Positions 61,437 through 64,000 of a stretch of DNA of 64,000 nt are shown here, piece by piece. A model generated the notes under the pieces. That model saw only the letters and a program-made list of their open reading frames with translations. It was not told the origin of the DNA and did no database searches. Numbering within the stretch: the first letter of the stretch is position 1; each line of letters starts with the position of its first letter. Source of the stretch: Longimicrobiales bacterium (lineage in GTDB: Bacteria > Gemmatimonadota > Gemmatimonadetes > Longimicrobiales > Gaopeijiaceae); assembly GCA_963664435.2 (NCBI GenBank), contig CAXXKM010000001.1, forward strand, positions 384,001-448,000, given 5' to 3'. The translations under genes and the position numbers were made by a program.

Positions 61437-62669
61437 TCAGGCGTTTTGCCCGAAGGCCGCGTTCGCGTAGGCCCACTCCGCGCGGCTGAACCAGTCGAAC
61501 ACCTCCGTCCGGAACGCCAGCCAGTGGTCGTACACGCGCCGGTAGGTGGCGTCCGCGGCTGCGCGCTCCTCCAGGATCTCCTGCGAAGCCACGCGCGACA
61601 CTTCCATGATCTCCGGCGAGAAGGCGCGCAGCTGAACTCCGCCCTCGACGAGGCGCCTGAGGGCGGCCGGATTCCTCGCGTCGTAGGTGGTCTCGACGCC
61701 GTGCGCGGCTGAGCGCACCGCCACGCGGAAGGCCTCCTGGTAGGTGGAGGGCAGTTCGTCCCACGCGTCGCGGTTGACCTGGAAGGTGGTCGACGGTCCC
61801 GGCTCCCACCAGCCAGGGTAGTAGTAGAAGCGGGCGGCGTTCTGGAAGCCCAGCTTCTCGTCGTCGTACGGGCCCACCCACTCGACGGCGTCGATCGCGC
61901 CCCGCTCGAGAGCCGGGTAGATCTCCTGCGCGGCGAGGTTCTGGACGGTCACGCCCAGGCGGTCCATCACCTCCGCGCCGAGCCCGGGGATGCGCATCTT
62001 GAGCCCGTTCAGATCCTCCGGGGTCTGGATCTCGCGGCGGAACCACCCGCCCATCTGGGCGCCGGTGTTGCCCGCCGGGAAGGGCAGGATGTTGAAGTCC
62101 GAGAAGATCTCGCGGATCAGCTCGAGCCCGCCGGCATCGTACAGCCACGCGTGCTGCTGGCGCGCGTTGAGCCCGAACGGAACGCAGGTGTCGAAGGCGA
62201 GCACCGCCGCCTTGCCCGTGTAGTAGTAGCTCGGGCTGTGGCCCACCTGAACCGTGCCCTGCTGCACCGCGTCCATCACTTCGAACGCCGGCACCAGCTC
62301 GTTCGCCTCGTAGGCGCGCAGCTGGAAGCGCCCGTCGGTCATCGCGGCGAGCGACTCGGCGGCGCGGGTGGAGGTGTCGAAGATGGCGTCGACGGTGCGC
62401 GGATAGCTGGACGCCAGGCGCCAGCGCACGTTCGGGTTGGTGATCACCGCGGGAGCGCCACCTTCGCCGGCTCCCGCCTGCTCGTCGCCGCCGCACGACG
62501 CGGCCAGCACCCCGGCCGCCGCGGCTCCGACCGCCGCCTTGCCGAGGAACGCCCTTCTCTCCAGGGTCGGCGCCGCTTCCGTCAGGTTGCCGGCATCCTG
62601 GTCCGCCGCCGCGACCTCTGTGCCCGGCCGGCCGCCCTCGACCGTCCCGCTCCGGGAGTCGTTGTCCAT
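61437..62669 (-). CDS. dctP: TRAP substrate-binding protein (TakP-like) with Tat signal
   Basis: RRAFLG Tat motif, WRLASSYP, GNTGAQMGGWF, GLKMRIPG, EWVGPYDD, YYPGWWEP. Confidence 0.93.
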   Translation of the reverse strand: MDNDSRSGTVEGGRPGTEVAAADQDAGNLTEAAPTLERRAFLGKAAVGAAAAGVLAASCGGDEQAGAGEGGAPAVITNPNVRWRLASSYPRTVDAIFDTSTRAAESLAAMTDGRFQLRAYEANELVPAFEVMDAVQQGTVQVGHSPSYYYTGKAAVLAFDTCVPFGLNARQQHAWLYDAGGLELIREIFSDFNILPFPAGNTGAQMGGWFRREIQTPEDLNGLKMRIPGLGAEVMDRLGVTVQNLAAQEIYPALERGAIDAVEWVGPYDDEKLGFQNAARFYYYPGWWEPGPSTTFQVNRDAWDELPSTYQEAFRVAVRSAAHGVETTYDARNPAALRRLVEGGVQLRAFSPEIMEVSRVASQEILEERAAADATYRRVYDHWLAFRTEVFDWFSRAEWAYANAAFGQNA

Positions 62670-62853
62670 GGGTACCCGATCCTTTGGTTCTGCGTGTTTC
62701 CGTTGTGCGCTTCGGGCGGCCTCTCGCCGCCGAGCACGCGCAAGTTAGCCAGAAGTCAGCCGGGACGCACTTGTCCCCGGGGCAGGACACCGCTCCCGGA
62801 TCGCCGCCCGCTCCGCGGGTCAGCGCCGTCCCCTTCCGTCGCAGGCACTCTTC

Positions 62854-64000
62854 TCAGCGCCTCTCCTCTGCGACGACCGACGACGCGATCACCATCCCCA
62901 GGAACTCGTCGATGGCGCCTCCCTGGATCCAGCGCGCCACCACCACCAGGTCGTTCTCGCGATCGACGTAGACCAGGTTCGTACCCGCCCCACGGTGGCT
63001 GAACGACGACTCCGGCGTGCTCGCGTACGAGCGCTGGCCGGTGTTCAGGAAGAAGTTCATGAAGCCGTACATCTCGTTGACCGTACCCGGCGTCTCCGCC
63101 ATGTCCAGCCATTCCTCGGAAAGCAGCTGCTCGCCGTCCCAGTTGCCCTTGTGCAGCGTGAAGTAGCCGAAGCGGGCCTGATCCTCGGCGCTCAGGTTCA
63201 TCCCACCGCCCCAGTGGGTCCCGCCGCTCACAGACTGCATCATCTCGCCGTCGACGTTCACCCACGAGTTCTCGTAGCCGTACCAGCGCCAGGTGTTGGA
63301 TGCGCCGATGGGGTCCATGATGTGCTCGCGCAGCACCTGCGGCAGGGGCCGGCGCCAGACCTGGAGCGCCGCCAGGGCGAGCAGGTTCACGCGCACGTCG
63401 TTGTACTTGTAGGCCGTGCCGGGCTCGTTGCGCGGGCGGTTGCGGTTGGCCGCGACATCGCGCCCCGGCCGGTCGCCCCAGTCGGGCTTGCCCCAGAGGG
63501 TGCCTTCCCAGTCGCTGGTCTGCCTCAGCAGATGATCCCACGTGATCCTCTGGTTGTGTTCGGAGTCGAAAAGCGACACCGGGGTCGCCACGCCGCGCCC
63601 GTCGGCCTCCTTGCCGGGCTCGCCGTCGCCCACCGGCAGAATCAGCGGGGGCATGTACTCGTGCACAGGATCGTGGACGTCGCGGATGAGGCGGCGGTCC
63701 CACGCCAGCCCCACCGTGGAGGAGAGGAAGCTCTTGGCCACGCTGAAGGTCGGGTCGACGCGCTTCGTCTCACCCCACTCGGCGACGATGTAGCCATCCT
63801 TCACGATGATGCCGCTCTGCGGGCCCCGCACCTTGAGCGGGCCGATGGCCTCGTCGAAGGGCTCGGTGTTCCAGCTGAGCGCGTGCGCCACCTCCAGGTC
63901 GCGCGGCGCGGTGCTCTCGCTCGCGACGGCGAAGTCGACCGCCTGCTGCAGGAGTTCCGGGTTCATGCCCATCGACTCCGGAGTCCTGCGCTCCCAGTCA
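62854..64000 (-). CDS. Serine hydrolase, beta-lactamase family (5' end outside window)
   Basis: FSVAKS (SxxK), ITWDHLL, PGTAYKYND, HWGGG; frame open to window edge. Confidence 0.9.
   Translation of the reverse strand, partial: DWERRTPESMGMNPELLQQAVDFAVASESTAPRDLEVAHALSWNTEPFDEAIGPLKVRGPQSGIIVKDGYIVAEWGETKRVDPTFSVAKSFLSSTVGLAWDRRLIRDVHDPVHEYMPPLILPVGDGEPGKEADGRGVATPVSLFDSEHNQRITWDHLLRQTSDWEGTLWGKPDWGDRPGRDVAANRNRPRNEPGTAYKYNDVRVNLLALAALQVWRRPLPQVLREHIMDPIGASNTWRWYGYENSWVNVDGEMMQSVSGGTHWGGGMNLSAEDQARFGYFTLHKGNWDGEQLLSEEWLDMAETPGTVNEMYGFMNFFLNTGQRSYASTPESSFSHRGAGTNLVYVDRENDLVVVARWIQGGAIDEFLGMVIASSVVAEERR

Overview
GC-rich bacterial chromosome segment; the gene content (SprA-like protein, DUF5715-LysM, pilQ-aroC-aroK order) suggests Gemmatimonadota, which is an inference. 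1-47.8 kb is mostly core genes: the 3' end of dnaK, degP, tRNA-Leu(TAG)-tig-clpP-clpX-engB, and a long minus-strand run (minor pilins-pilMNOPQ-aroC-aroK-topA-xerC-hslVU-argF-gcvT-mog-sigma54 activator). It also holds a LysM peptidase, sodA, dinB, an AGCS symporter, sprA-comEA-pilT-pilC-psd, lptFG and an Ig/LVIVD protein. 48-55 kb is an amino acid/peptide catabolic cluster with a Ser/Cys proline-racemase-family enzyme. A ~4.2 kb accessory island (57.2-61.4 kb) separates convergent TRAP genes. It carries an intact DUF3800 (RNase H-fold) gene, two decayed HEPN-like genes and a PD-(D/E)XK-like protein. The best candidate for an undescribed system is the DUF3800 gene plus a divergently transcribed ~100-nt RNA with its own sigma70-like promoter, two repeated hairpins and a terminal hairpin. 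Also notable: several intergenic gaps bridged by ATGA/GTGA-coupled mini-ORFs, a TAG in pilN at an expected Trp, and a dinB that appears to need a CTG start. All family assignments come from motif recognition; no database search was run.
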